A stretch of 64,000 nucleotides of DNA from the NCBI GenBank assembly GCA_000437355.1, contig FR899764.1:24884-88883 (forward strand), written 5' to 3'. Shown piece after piece: positions 8,352 through 17,258 of the stretch (position 1 is the first letter of the stretch; the number at the start of each line of letters is the position of its first letter). The notes under the pieces were generated by a model. That model saw only the letters and a list, made by a program, of their open reading frames with translations. It was not told where the DNA came from and did not search any database. The position numbers and the translations under genes are program-made. Source of the DNA: Firmicutes bacterium CAG:460 (GTDB lineage: Bacteria; Bacillota_I; Bacilli_A; RF39; UBA660).

Positions 8352-9944
8352 TTAATTTATACGAATTGGATTAGATTGAGTTCCATCACCACTAGCATAG
8401 GTTACTGAAGATGCAAGACTGAAGGTCGGGCGCACGCCACGAGCGGATTCGCCCACAAGGCCGCTATTCATGTTACCATTTTCGGACACAGAATACGCAA
8501 TGTCCGAACCGTTCGCATTACGGAAAATAGTCCATTCAATAAATCCCATGTGCATCCAGTTTTGTGACCATATTGTTGTACCATTCACACTTCCATAATA
8601 CTTGATTAATGTAGTTGTCCATGCTTCTGGAACTGCGCCAAATCCATAATCACTTACATACATTAAACCTACTTTTGCACTATATGTTGTTGCATTATCT
8701 GTTGTATTTGTTGTTACTGGATTTACTACCTCATTTTGATATGCTGTTTCTGGCACTACAAGTTGTATATTTTCAGATGTATTTCCGCCGACTTTCCACG
8801 TCGTTGTTGCTATCTTATTTACCCATGTACTTCCTATATTGTTTATGAAATTCGTATTTAAGTTTGTTTTGTTCAATAAAGAATTACTCCATGTATTATT
8901 GTAGTTTGATGTATCTGCTTTATAATTCCAATAATATCTATTTATTGTTGTCAAACTTCCTTTGTAGTAAGATGAATCTGGTGTTCCTGAACCATAATAA
9001 TCTCCATCTGTTCCTAGTAATGCACTGGTTGCATAATCATATTTGATTAGTTTTACTAATTGTTTTCCACTTACTCCATGATAATTATCTCCAAATACTC
9101 CGATTATTCTATAGAGGTTATCTGTTGGGCATGGCGTTTCTGTTGAGCCAAAACACACAAAATTATTTACCATTTCACTTGCTCCGGCATATCTATATGA
9201 ATTATCACCTGCTCCATTGGTTAAATTTGAGTTATGATAGTATAATGAATTTTCCCCTTGAGTTCCTGTGTATTGTGATATCACGTATTCTGCTAATGTT
9301 GGTAATTTATATTCTTCTTTTTGGATTAACATCTTGCCACTAAAAGTATTGCCGGCATTTTTTGACTGGTCTGCATTATAGTTAATAAATGTTACTGTTA
9401 TGTTCCAATTTTCTGTTTTGGTACTGGTTGTAGTTATTTCTCTATTACTAAAAAGTTCGATTAATCCTGTTTTATTTGTGATATCATAACCTGATATAGA
9501 GTTTCCTTTGCCATCGGTTACTGTTTTATAAGTAAGTGATGTAATGTTAGTTACAGGATTTGTTCCATCAGTTATGGTAAGTAATATTTCTGGAGTATTT
9601 TCATTTTGAGTATATGTAAAAGTATTTTCAGAAATATTTAAATACAAATTATAATGGTCTGTTGCTGTGTTTGTTTTATTATTGGCAGTAAGAATAGCTT
9701 TAGCAAAAGTACTTCCAGTTTGATTACCTACTCCACTTGCAAAGTTTTCTTGATTTAAAGAAAAACTTATTGGGTCTCCGGTTTCAAAAGAAAAAACATC
9801 GACAGTGTAAGTTTTAACAGTTGCAGAAGTTTGAGCAGAAGTATCTCCTTGAGCTGCAAAATAAGCAAATGATGCCCCGATTACTAAAATAGCAAGGGTA
9901 ACTATGGCAATAATACTTAATATTATTTGTTTTTTATTTTGCAT
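8352..9944 (-). CDS. Secreted two-domain protein with a TasA/camelysin-like (SipW-type) signal, a shared N-domain and a C-terminal WxxRxx...GVRP-type domain
   Basis: Good SD (GAAGGTGAG). The signal LVIGASFAYFAAQ resembles the G-x-x-AYF-[ST]-D class. The C-terminus EWTIFRNANG...ARGVRPTFSL resembles the YWLRS...GVRPAL motif of a widespread Firmicute domain of unknown function. Confidence 0.65.
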   Translation of the reverse strand: MQNKKQIILSIIAIVTLAILVIGASFAYFAAQGDTSAQTSATVKTYTVDVFSFETGDPISFSLNQENFASGVGNQTGSTFAKAILTANNKTNTATDHYNLYLNISENTFTYTQNENTPEILLTITDGTNPVTNITSLTYKTVTDGKGNSISGYDITNKTGLIELFSNREITTTSTKTENWNITVTFINYNADQSKNAGNTFSGKMLIQKEEYKLPTLAEYVISQYTGTQGENSLYYHNSNLTNGAGDNSYRYAGASEMVNNFVCFGSTETPCPTDNLYRIIGVFGDNYHGVSGKQLVKLIKYDYATSALLGTDGDYYGSGTPDSSYYKGSLTTINRYYWNYKADTSNYNNTWSNSLLNKTNLNTNFINNIGSTWVNKIATTTWKVGGNTSENIQLVVPETAYQNEVVNPVTTNTTDNATTYSAKVGLMYVSDYGFGAVPEAWTTTLIKYYGSVNGTTIWSQNWMHMGFIEWTIFRNANGSDIAYSVSENGNMNSGLVGESARGVRPTFSLASSVTYASGDGTQSNPIRIN

Positions 9945-10049
9945 TGATACTCACCTTCTTACCTTAATTATTATTATATAATAAAATGGTATTTTATTCA
10001 ATAAAAATTTTTATATTTTATAGCAATTCTTCTAACTTTTAAAATTTTA

Positions 10050-11006
10050 TTAATTTAAAAAGTTCATAACTAAATCAATCATTACTTCTTTTTCTTTTGG
10101 ATTTGACTGTGCAATAAGTAATGTTAAAGAAGCTAAAGTATTATTATCAACAACATGATTATTATCTTTATATAGGATATCATAAAAGTTTAAAAAATAG
10201 ATAAATAACGTTGCTGCGATTCTTTTATTTCCATCAACAAAAACATGATTTTTTACAATCATATATAGGAAATTAGCTGCTTTTTCTTCAACACTTTTAT
10301 ATACATCTACTCCATCAAATGTTTGATAAATATTACCAATAATTGCTTCTAAACCTTTATTTCTTTCAATTGCAAATATATCACTTTCTTCATTAAATCT
10401 TAATTTGTTAATTATCTTTATACAATCGTCATATTTTATTTGTTTTTCACTATTACTTCCTTTAGGTTTTTCTAAAGATTTGTGGTCATAATCATCTAGT
10501 AGGTCTAAGGCTTTAGAATATTTTCCAATTACTTTTAAAATTTCTTTTGCATCACTATTTTCAAATTTTTCATCTACTCTATTAGCTATGTCAATTAACT
10601 TAACTGCCTTTTCTAAATACTCTAATCTTCTTTGATTTATAGCATAACCTTTTAACATATAATCTTTTAAAATTTTATTTGCCCATTTTCTAAAAACAAT
10701 ACCATTTTGTGATTTAACACGATAACCAACACTTATAATCATATCGAGGTTATAGTAATCTATATCTCTAGTTTGAGTTTTGTTTGCTAAAGCACCATGT
10801 GTTGTGGTATGTGCAAATTTTGCACATACCTCTTTTTCATTTAATTCTTTTTCTTTATAAATGTTGTTAATATGTCTTTTTATTACCGTTCTATCTCTAT
10901 CAAATAATGTTGATAATTGTTCCAAAGATAACCATACAGTTTCATCCTTCATATTTACTTCTAATTTAACATTTTGATTTTCAAATAAAATTATTTCATT
11001 TTTCAT
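10050..11006 (-). CDS. RhuM-family N-terminal domain fused to a Doc/Fic-type domain
   Basis: The N-terminus matches the RhuM pattern (YNLDMIISVGYRVKSQNGIVFRKWA). The C-terminus carries the Doc-type motif HVFVDGNKRIAA. Start chosen at ATG 11006, downstream of GGAGG. Confidence 0.8.
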   Translation of the reverse strand: MKNEIILFENQNVKLEVNMKDETVWLSLEQLSTLFDRDRTVIKRHINNIYKEKELNEKEVCAKFAHTTTHGALANKTQTRDIDYYNLDMIISVGYRVKSQNGIVFRKWANKILKDYMLKGYAINQRRLEYLEKAVKLIDIANRVDEKFENSDAKEILKVIGKYSKALDLLDDYDHKSLEKPKGSNSEKQIKYDDCIKIINKLRFNEESDIFAIERNKGLEAIIGNIYQTFDGVDVYKSVEEKAANFLYMIVKNHVFVDGNKRIAATLFIYFLNFYDILYKDNNHVVDNNTLASLTLLIAQSNPKEKEVMIDLVMNFLN

Positions 11007-11071
11007 AAACACTTAACCTCCGAATTTTTTTGTACCCCAAATTTTCTTTTTATTTTCATAATCATAAAACT

Positions 11072-11117
11072 AATTTTAGTATATCACAAATTTAGTATTT
11101 AGCAAAATTTAGTATTT
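11072..11117. promoter_or_regulatory. Three direct 13-bp repeats upstream of the RhuM-Doc gene (operator/iteron candidate)
   Basis: AATTTTAGTATAT (11072-11084), AAATTTAGTATTT (11088-11100) and AAATTTAGTATTT (11105-11117), at 16-17 bp spacing. Confidence 0.35.
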
Positions 11118-11168
11118 AAAAAACGTAGAAAGTTATTAACACTATCTACATTTTATTAACATAAACAC

Positions 11169-11762
11169 TTAATTATCATTTTTTGAAAATAAACATCCAC
11201 AATAATCTTGGCGATATAAGTTATATTCTTTGGAATATTCTATTGATTTTTTATAACCATCACCTTTTTTAAAGTCACTAAATAAGTATTTTATATTATA
11301 TTTATCTTGTAAAATACTTCCTAATATATTTATTTGTTTACTATTTTTATATGGACTTACTGTTAGGGTTGTTCCAAAATAATCATAATTTAACTCTTTG
11401 GCTTTTTTGGCAGTTGCTTCAAGTCTTATTCTAAAACAAACTGGACATCTAGCTTGTCCTTCTTTTTCTTGTTCTAAACCCACTACACTATTTCTAAAAA
11501 TATTATTATCATAATCACAATCTAAAAAATTAATATTTTCATGTTTAAATTCTTTTATAAATCTAATTTGTTCATTTTTTCTTTTTAAATATTCTTCGTA
11601 TGGTTCAATATTTGGATTATAATAAAATACTGTTATATTAAAATATGGTGCTAAAAAACTAAGCACTTGAGTAGAACATGGTCCACAACAACTATGAAGT
11701 AATAATTTTGGTTTATAATCTAATTCTTTTATTAATTTAATTAATTCATTCTGATAATTCAT
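11169..11762 (-). CDS. queH: Epoxyqueuosine reductase QueH
   Basis: LLLHSCCGPCS N-terminal cysteine motif and C-terminal YCGC, typical of the QueH (DUF208) family. Confidence 0.85.
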   Translation of the reverse strand: MNYQNELIKLIKELDYKPKLLLHSCCGPCSTQVLSFLAPYFNITVFYYNPNIEPYEEYLKRKNEQIRFIKEFKHENINFLDCDYDNNIFRNSVVGLEQEKEGQARCPVCFRIRLEATAKKAKELNYDYFGTTLTVSPYKNSKQINILGSILQDKYNIKYLFSDFKKGDGYKKSIEYSKEYNLYRQDYCGCLFSKNDN

Positions 11763-12492
11763 CTTTTGTTTCTTCCTTTTCTTTTAATAAATCAAATGGT
11801 TGAAATACAACTCCTTTACTTGTACTATCTAAATTTAATATTCCTTTTTTATTTTCATCTAATGTTGTATATATCTCTTCATATTTATTTAAATTATTCA
11901 TATTTGCTAAGTTAATATATACATAATTACCATCATTCATTCTAAGTAAAAATCTATTTTTATCTATTACTTTTTCATTCTTTATATCTGGTGAATATTC
12001 TATTTCACTGACATGTTTTAAAATATCTATTTTAATATTACTTAATTTTTTTATTAAATTATCATAAATATCACTCGGTGTATAATTAATAAGTATAGGT
12101 ATATTTAAAGTATTTTTTATATTATCTATTTTACTTCCATCTTCAAAAACATATACTTTTTCTAAAGCATTATAAAATAATACATTTTGTTCAGTTACTG
12201 TTATTAAAAGAGTTCCATTTAAATATTTGTTTATTTTAACACTCTTTATAGCTTTATTTTCTAAGATATTGTTTTTTACTTTTTTAGTATTTAAACTAAA
12301 TATTTTATTATAACTTTTTATATTTCCATCTTTAATTATATTGTTATCTGTAATAGTATTATTTCCTTTTATAACAATACTTTTTATAGGTAAATTAAAA
12401 CAATAATAAAAAGCCATTATAAATAAATATAATGTTAGTAATATTACTAATAATGCTTTTTTATTTAGTCTCTTTTTTACCTTCTTTTCCAT
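11746..12492 (-). CDS. divIB: Cell division protein DivIB/FtsQ (POTRA domain)
   Basis: Single N-terminal TM, then a POTRA-like IKSIVIKGNNTITDNNI segment. Position is downstream of murG-murB. Confidence 0.7.
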   Translation of the reverse strand: MEKKVKKRLNKKALLVILLTLYLFIMAFYYCFNLPIKSIVIKGNNTITDNNIIKDGNIKSYNKIFSLNTKKVKNNILENKAIKSVKINKYLNGTLLITVTEQNVLFYNALEKVYVFEDGSKIDNIKNTLNIPILINYTPSDIYDNLIKKLSNIKIDILKHVSEIEYSPDIKNEKVIDKNRFLLRMNDGNYVYINLANMNNLNKYEEIYTTLDENKKGILNLDSTSKGVVFQPFDLLKEKEETKDELSE

Positions 12493-12496
12493 TATT

Positions 12497-13354
12497 TCAC
12501 CACTTTACTATTATTTGTTCTAGTTCTAAATCAATATTCTTTTGGTTCTTTACTTCTTCTTTTACTTTATTTATTAAATCTTTTATATCTTTACTTGTGG
12601 CATTATTTTCATTAATAATAAAATTTGCATGTTTATTACTTACTTTTGCACCACCTACTGAAATATTTTTTAAGTTACATTCATCAATTAATTTACCTGC
12701 TGATAAGCCATTTGGATTTTTAAATACTGAACCTGCTGATGGATATTCTAAAGGTTGGCTATTTTTTCTTTTTTCTAAATTTTCTTTTATATTATCCCAG
12801 GCTTTTTTAGTATCTCCTTTTTCTAATTTGAATATGGCACCGATAATAATTATATTACTATTTTTAAATTCTGTATTACGATATTCATACTTAATATTTG
12901 TTTTATTCATAAGGGTCACTAAATTATTTTTTAATACTAAAACAGCTTTTAAATCATCAAATATTTCTGTACCATTTGCTCCGGCATTACCAATTATTGC
13001 TCCCCCAAGTAAACCGGGAATACCATAAAGATTTGCAAAATTTATATAACCATTATCTAATGTTTTTTTAACAAATTCATTTAATGATAAGCCAGCACAA
13101 GCAAAAACAAATTGGTTTTTTATTAGAAATGTATTTAATTTATCAAGTTTAATAATAGCACCATCAAAATCTTCATCTGGGAGTAAAACATTCGAACCAC
13201 CACCGAGAATATAATACTTAATATTTTTATTATTTAATTCATTTAAAACATTCATTAATTCTTCTAAATCATTTGGTTTAATTAAATATTTAGCACTGCC
13301 ACCGATATGATACGTATTTAATTTTTTTAAATCAACATTTTCTTCATATTTCAT
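12497..13354 (-). CDS. murB: UDP-N-acetylenolpyruvoylglucosamine reductase
   Basis: FAD-binding N-terminus (GGGSNVLL) and C-terminal MurB motifs (PSAGSVFKNP, GGAKVSNKHANFIIN). Confidence 0.93.
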   Translation of the reverse strand: MKYEENVDLKKLNTYHIGGSAKYLIKPNDLEELMNVLNELNNKNIKYYILGGGSNVLLPDEDFDGAIIKLDKLNTFLIKNQFVFACAGLSLNEFVKKTLDNGYINFANLYGIPGLLGGAIIGNAGANGTEIFDDLKAVLVLKNNLVTLMNKTNIKYEYRNTEFKNSNIIIIGAIFKLEKGDTKKAWDNIKENLEKRKNSQPLEYPSAGSVFKNPNGLSAGKLIDECNLKNISVGGAKVSNKHANFIINENNATSKDIKDLINKVKEEVKNQKNIDLELEQIIVKW

Positions 13355-14433
13355 TTTATTAATTCCTTTATCTCATCATAAATTATACTCGAAGATTCTT
13401 TAGTATTCAAGGCTTCTAAATTATTTTTAAATTCATTATATAATTTATCATTGTATACAAGTTCATTTACCATGACTTTAATAATGTTATCATTTAAGTT
13501 TTTTTCTTCAATTAATTCAGCGACTTTTAAATTTACTAAATCTAAGGCATTATAATATTGATGATTATTTGCAACATATGGGCTTGGTATTAAAATACTT
13601 GGAACTTTTAAAGATAATATTTCTGATATAGTTGATGCTCCAGCTCTGGAAATAATTAAATAGGCATCTTTCATTATACTTGCTAAGTTATCATAATATG
13701 GTACAACTTTAACATTTTTAGAAAAATTGGCATCACGTATAAATTCTTCATAATAATTATTTCCTGTTATGTATAAAACTTTGTATGACTCATTATCAAT
13801 ACTACATAAAAAGGATTTGAACTTGTTGTTTAATGTCTCACTACCTAGAGAACCTGCAACTATAATAATTAATTTATCTGTTGGTTTAAAACCTAAAGTT
13901 ACTTTTGATGTTTTTTTAATTGCTAAGGCATTTTCTCCACATGGGTTACCAGTATAAACAACCTTTTTAGCATTTTTAAAATAACTTTCACTATTTTTAA
14001 ATGATATACCCACTAAATCAACTAGTTTAGATAAATGAATATTTGATTTACCTGGGATACTGTTTTGTTCATGGATAAATGTTTTAATTCCTAACTTTTT
14101 GGCTGCTTTAATAACTGGATATGTTACATAACCTCCACAACCAATAACAACATCTGGCTTAAATTCTTCCATTATTTTTGTACATTTATTAATAGCTTTG
14201 TTAATTAAAAAGATATTTTTAAAATCTCTAGCTATATTAGTTTTACTAAAACCATATATTTCTAATGCTTCATATCTAATATTCATTTTAGGTACAATAT
14301 CTTTTTCCATTCTATTATGAGTACCAATATATAAAACTTCTAAATTACTTTCACGTTCTTGAAACTTTTTTATTATTGCTAAGGCCGGATAAATGTGACC
14401 ACCAGTACCTCCAGCTGATACAATTATCTTCAT
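13351..14433 (-). CDS. murG: Undecaprenyldiphospho-muramoylpentapeptide beta-N-acetylglucosaminyltransferase
   Basis: GGTGGHIYPALA N-terminal motif and a GT28 C-terminal domain (RAGASTISE). Confidence 0.93.
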   Translation of the reverse strand: MKIIVSAGGTGGHIYPALAIIKKFQERESNLEVLYIGTHNRMEKDIVPKMNIRYEALEIYGFSKTNIARDFKNIFLINKAINKCTKIMEEFKPDVVIGCGGYVTYPVIKAAKKLGIKTFIHEQNSIPGKSNIHLSKLVDLVGISFKNSESYFKNAKKVVYTGNPCGENALAIKKTSKVTLGFKPTDKLIIIVAGSLGSETLNNKFKSFLCSIDNESYKVLYITGNNYYEEFIRDANFSKNVKVVPYYDNLASIMKDAYLIISRAGASTISEILSLKVPSILIPSPYVANNHQYYNALDLVNLKVAELIEEKNLNDNIIKVMVNELVYNDKLYNEFKNNLEALNTKESSSIIYDEIKELIK

Positions 14434-14479
14434 TTATTAATCACCTACTACAATTATACACTAAAATTTATATTTTTTA

Positions 14480-15070
14480 TTAACTTTTTTGCAATTTATT
14501 ATCATCTATTATATATTTTACATCTTTTTTTAACTTAATTGTGCCATAAATTATTACTTCAATACCTCTTTTTGTAAAATTTTTAATTAATTTATCTGTT
14601 GTAATACCATCAAGTAAACATATAAAATCTAAATCATAATCACTTTTACTATTTAAAATGTAATTTAAAACTCCATACTTATAATTGGAATTTAAATCTC
14701 TTAGTTCTAAAATAACATTATTATGAAAAGACATTATATAAAAGTTTCTTTTATATTTATTTAGTAATTTTAATAATTTTTTCTTATTTATATCTCTTTC
14801 TTTTATTTCTAAAAGTATTATTTTATCTGTTTCTATCTTAAGTAAATCTTCAAGTAAAGAAATATTTTTTAAATCTTTAAAATATGTATTTCTAACTAAA
14901 GCTCCATTATATAAAGAATTATGATAAATAATAAATTTATTATCAAGTGTTGTTCTTATGTCACACTCAATTCCAATATATTTGTTACTTTCTAAACCAT
15001 TTTTTAAAGCTTCATAAGAATTATCTTTTACATCTTTACTCCATAATCCTCGATGTGCAATTAGTTTCAT
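14480..15070 (-). CDS. Glycerophosphodiester phosphodiesterase family protein
   Basis: N-terminal IAHRG motif and ECD...T pattern of GDPD enzymes. Shorter than the canonical enzyme. Confidence 0.65.
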   Translation of the reverse strand: MKLIAHRGLWSKDVKDNSYEALKNGLESNKYIGIECDIRTTLDNKFIIYHNSLYNGALVRNTYFKDLKNISLLEDLLKIETDKIILLEIKERDINKKKLLKLLNKYKRNFYIMSFHNNVILELRDLNSNYKYGVLNYILNSKSDYDLDFICLLDGITTDKLIKNFTKRGIEVIIYGTIKLKKDVKYIIDDNKLQKS

Positions 15071-15377
15071 TAAAAAAACACCCTAGTTAATTATACTTGA
15101 GTGTTTAGTTTAAAATGCTATCATAACAGAAATATATATTAGTAATAAAACAACACTTATTACTGATATACCTGTTAAATTAATTTTTCTATCTTTCATG
15201 ATATTAATTTTATCAAAAACTAAATTGGTTTTCAAGATATTTTAATCGATTTTGACATTTGGTTGTCATTAACCTTTTAATTTTGCGACATTTTTATATT
15301 TTTAAATTCTAACTTGTTACTAATTGCAAAATATTAATGCTTTTTACACCAAATCGAAAATTTTATTAATTTTTGTG

Positions 15378-15668
15378 TTATTTCTCCACTTTTTGCCATT
15401 TTGCTTCAAGAGTAATATTCTTTTTAATTGGTGTGTTAAAATCAAACTTTTCTCCATCCAAATACCAACCTAGAAATTCATATTCTTCATTTGTTGGAGC
15501 CGTTGGTTCACTAATAGTTTGTCCAACACGTACAGATACGGGAGCAACTCCAGCCCCAATCTTAGCAACAAATGAAACTGTCACATTTCTAAAATATGCT
15601 AAGTATAAAAATACTCCGATTGCTGCGCATGATGCAAATATTAAAATTAAACTAGTTTTATTTTTCAT
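15378..15668 (-). CDS. Small membrane-anchored protein with one Listeria/Bacteroides-type (InlB B-repeat-like) repeat
   Basis: N-terminal TM, then EYEFLGWYLDGEKFDFNTPIKKNITLEAKW, the characteristic repeat. Confidence 0.6.
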   Translation of the reverse strand: MKNKTSLILIFASCAAIGVFLYLAYFRNVTVSFVAKIGAGVAPVSVRVGQTISEPTAPTNEEYEFLGWYLDGEKFDFNTPIKKNITLEAKWQKVEK

Positions 15669-15670
15669 AA

Positions 15671-16081
15671 TTATCTTCCCTTTCCTATTTCTTCTGTTAA
15701 TTCCATTACATGTACTTTTTTTAATTCTAATTCTAAAATATATAATTTTTTAACATATTTTTCTAATATTTCTTTTTTTAATCCTTTTTTCCTTAAAGAT
15801 AGGAGATACTCTTTTATACGATTTATTTCTGTATATGCCACCAAGACATCGTCACTAGTAGTATCATCATTAGAAACTAAAGCATAAATTATTTTTAATA
15901 GTTTTTCATATTCTTTATTTAATTTATGTTCCCAGAGAGGATTTAACATTTCATTATCTAAGACTGTTACTTCAATGCTTTCTTTATATCCTTTTTTAGG
16001 ACTAAATTTGTAACTAAATTTTTCTTGATATAATAAAACTTCATGGTCTTTCTTAGTATTTTTTAAAATATAATTAGTCAT
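15671..16081 (-). CDS. Hypothetical protein (overlaps the trmD stop)
   Basis: 136-aa ORF translationally coupled to trmD. No recognisable family. Confidence 0.5.
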   Translation of the reverse strand: MTNYILKNTKKDHEVLLYQEKFSYKFSPKKGYKESIEVTVLDNEMLNPLWEHKLNKEYEKLLKIIYALVSNDDTTSDDVLVAYTEINRIKEYLLSLRKKGLKKEILEKYVKKLYILELELKKVHVMELTEEIGKGR

Positions 16082-16748
16082 TGTTATCCTCCATTAAGTC
16101 TGGTCTTAAAGCTTTGGTTTTTTCTATTCTAGAAGTGGCGCGATATTCATTTATCTTTTGGTGATTTCCACTCGTTAAGACATCTGGAACTTTTAAACCA
16201 CGATATTCTGCAGGTTTAGTATAGGTAGGATAATCTAAGAGTGAATCATTAAATGATTCATCAAGAAGACTTTTATTAGTTATTACTCCAGGGATTAGTC
16301 TCGTAATAGAATCTGTTATAGCCATCGCTGGTATTTCTCCCCCCGTTAAAATATAATCTCCGATTGAAATAACTTCATCAACTCTAGTTTTGATTCTTTC
16401 ATCATAACCTTCATAATGACCACAGATAATAATTAAATGTTTATGCTCTAATAATCTTTTAGCAACACTTTGCTTATATTTTGTTCCTTCTGGACTTAAT
16501 AAAATTATGTAAGCATCACTCGTATCAAGACTATCTAAACATTCAAATATTGGTTCACACCTTAAAATCATACCTGAACCTCCACCATATGGAGTATCAT
16601 CAACTTGTTTATTATTTAAAGGAGAATAATCCCTGAAATTAATTAAATTTATAGTTACTTTTTCTTTTTCTATGGCTCTTTTGATTATTGATGTATTAAT
16701 AAAGCCTTCAAACATCTCTGGAAATAGTGTTAAAATATCTATTTTCAT
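16074..16748 (-). CDS. trmD: tRNA (guanine37-N1)-methyltransferase
   Basis: Full-length TrmD pattern (DILTLFPEMF, DDTPYGGGSGM, CGHYEGYDERI, GDYILTGGE). Confidence 0.96.
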   Translation of the reverse strand: MKIDILTLFPEMFEGFINTSIIKRAIEKEKVTINLINFRDYSPLNNKQVDDTPYGGGSGMILRCEPIFECLDSLDTSDAYIILLSPEGTKYKQSVAKRLLEHKHLIIICGHYEGYDERIKTRVDEVISIGDYILTGGEIPAMAITDSITRLIPGVITNKSLLDESFNDSLLDYPTYTKPAEYRGLKVPDVLTSGNHQKINEYRATSRIEKTKALRPDLMEDNND

Positions 16749-16757
16749 ATACCCTCC

Positions 16758-17258
16758 TTAAAAATTTAGTTCTTTAGCATTTTTAGTATATAATATTTTT
16801 TTATCTAAATCAAATCTTTTTACATAATTATCTATTAGTGGAATATAAAATTCTTTTGTTCCCTTTACTTTTATTAAAACATTTATGCCATTTACAACTT
16901 CAATTATTTTACCTAATTTTGTATCATCTTCATCTACTACTTCACTATTTATTAAATCTTTATAAAGAAATTCATCTTTTGAAAGATTTAAATCTAATCT
17001 TTTAATATAAATATTAAAACCAACATATTTTAAAATATCATTTATATTATTTAAATTATCTATTTTAAGTAAAACATAAATTTTATGATAACGAATGCTA
17101 CTGATGATATGTTCTGTATTATTTATAAGAACTTTATTACCAACTTTATATGCTTTATCACAATATTCAAAATCACTGATTACTTTGAGTTCTCCTTTTA
17201 TACCAAAAGTACTAACTGTTTTTCCTATATAAATCATTTCATTCATGGTATACCTCAT
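16758..17258 (-). CDS. rimM: 16S rRNA processing protein RimM
   Basis: IGKTVSTFGIKGELKV N-terminal motif. Position is immediately upstream of trmD. Confidence 0.85.
   Translation of the reverse strand: MRYTMNEMIYIGKTVSTFGIKGELKVISDFEYCDKAYKVGNKVLINNTEHIISSIRYHKIYVLLKIDNLNNINDILKYVGFNIYIKRLDLNLSKDEFLYKDLINSEVVDEDDTKLGKIIEVVNGINVLIKVKGTKEFYIPLIDNYVKRFDLDKKILYTKNAKELNF

Noticed and set aside
8352-9944. Diversity-generating retroelement targeting the GC-rich C-terminal patch
   Set aside because: I saw no reverse transcriptase gene and no second (template) copy of the ~110-bp patch anywhere in the 64 kb. The idea can only be revived by a whole-genome search.
6466-9944. XerC-like recombinase acting as an invertase or shufflon enzyme on the adjacent paralogous surface-protein genes
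   Set aside because: The recombinase looks like a full-length chromosomal XerC/XerD. I found no inverted repeats flanking or within the paralog genes, and the paralogs are co-oriented and divergent at the DNA level.
12432-13028. 198-aa plus-strand ORF, with similar antisense ORFs (e.g. 212-550, 4337-4537, 7874-8173, 8615-9343, 13769-13957, 15373-15753, 17085-17458, 18737-19006, 19775-20050, 21033-21272, 22893-24669, 24974-26627, 27108-27329, 29503-29721, 30536-30721, 33500-33694, 34741-35001, 37180-37610, 38256-38564, 39712-39921, 40641-40934, 42615-42848, 45186-45443, 47389-47583, 48217-48414, 52058-52651, 53956-54186, 54869-55108, 56553-56828, 57590-57823, 60565-60759, 62212-62466)
   Set aside because: Each lies antisense to, or in an alternate frame of, a well-supported conserved gene. 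Their low-complexity Leu/Phe/Ile/Ser-rich translations are typical of shadow ORFs in AT-rich DNA.
15110-15199. 29-aa hydrophobic micro-ORF (MKDRKINLTGISVISVVLLLIYISVMIAF) in the 15.07-15.38 kb intergenic region
   Set aside because: There is no Shine-Dalgarno sequence upstream and no recognisable family. It was kept out of the feature list.
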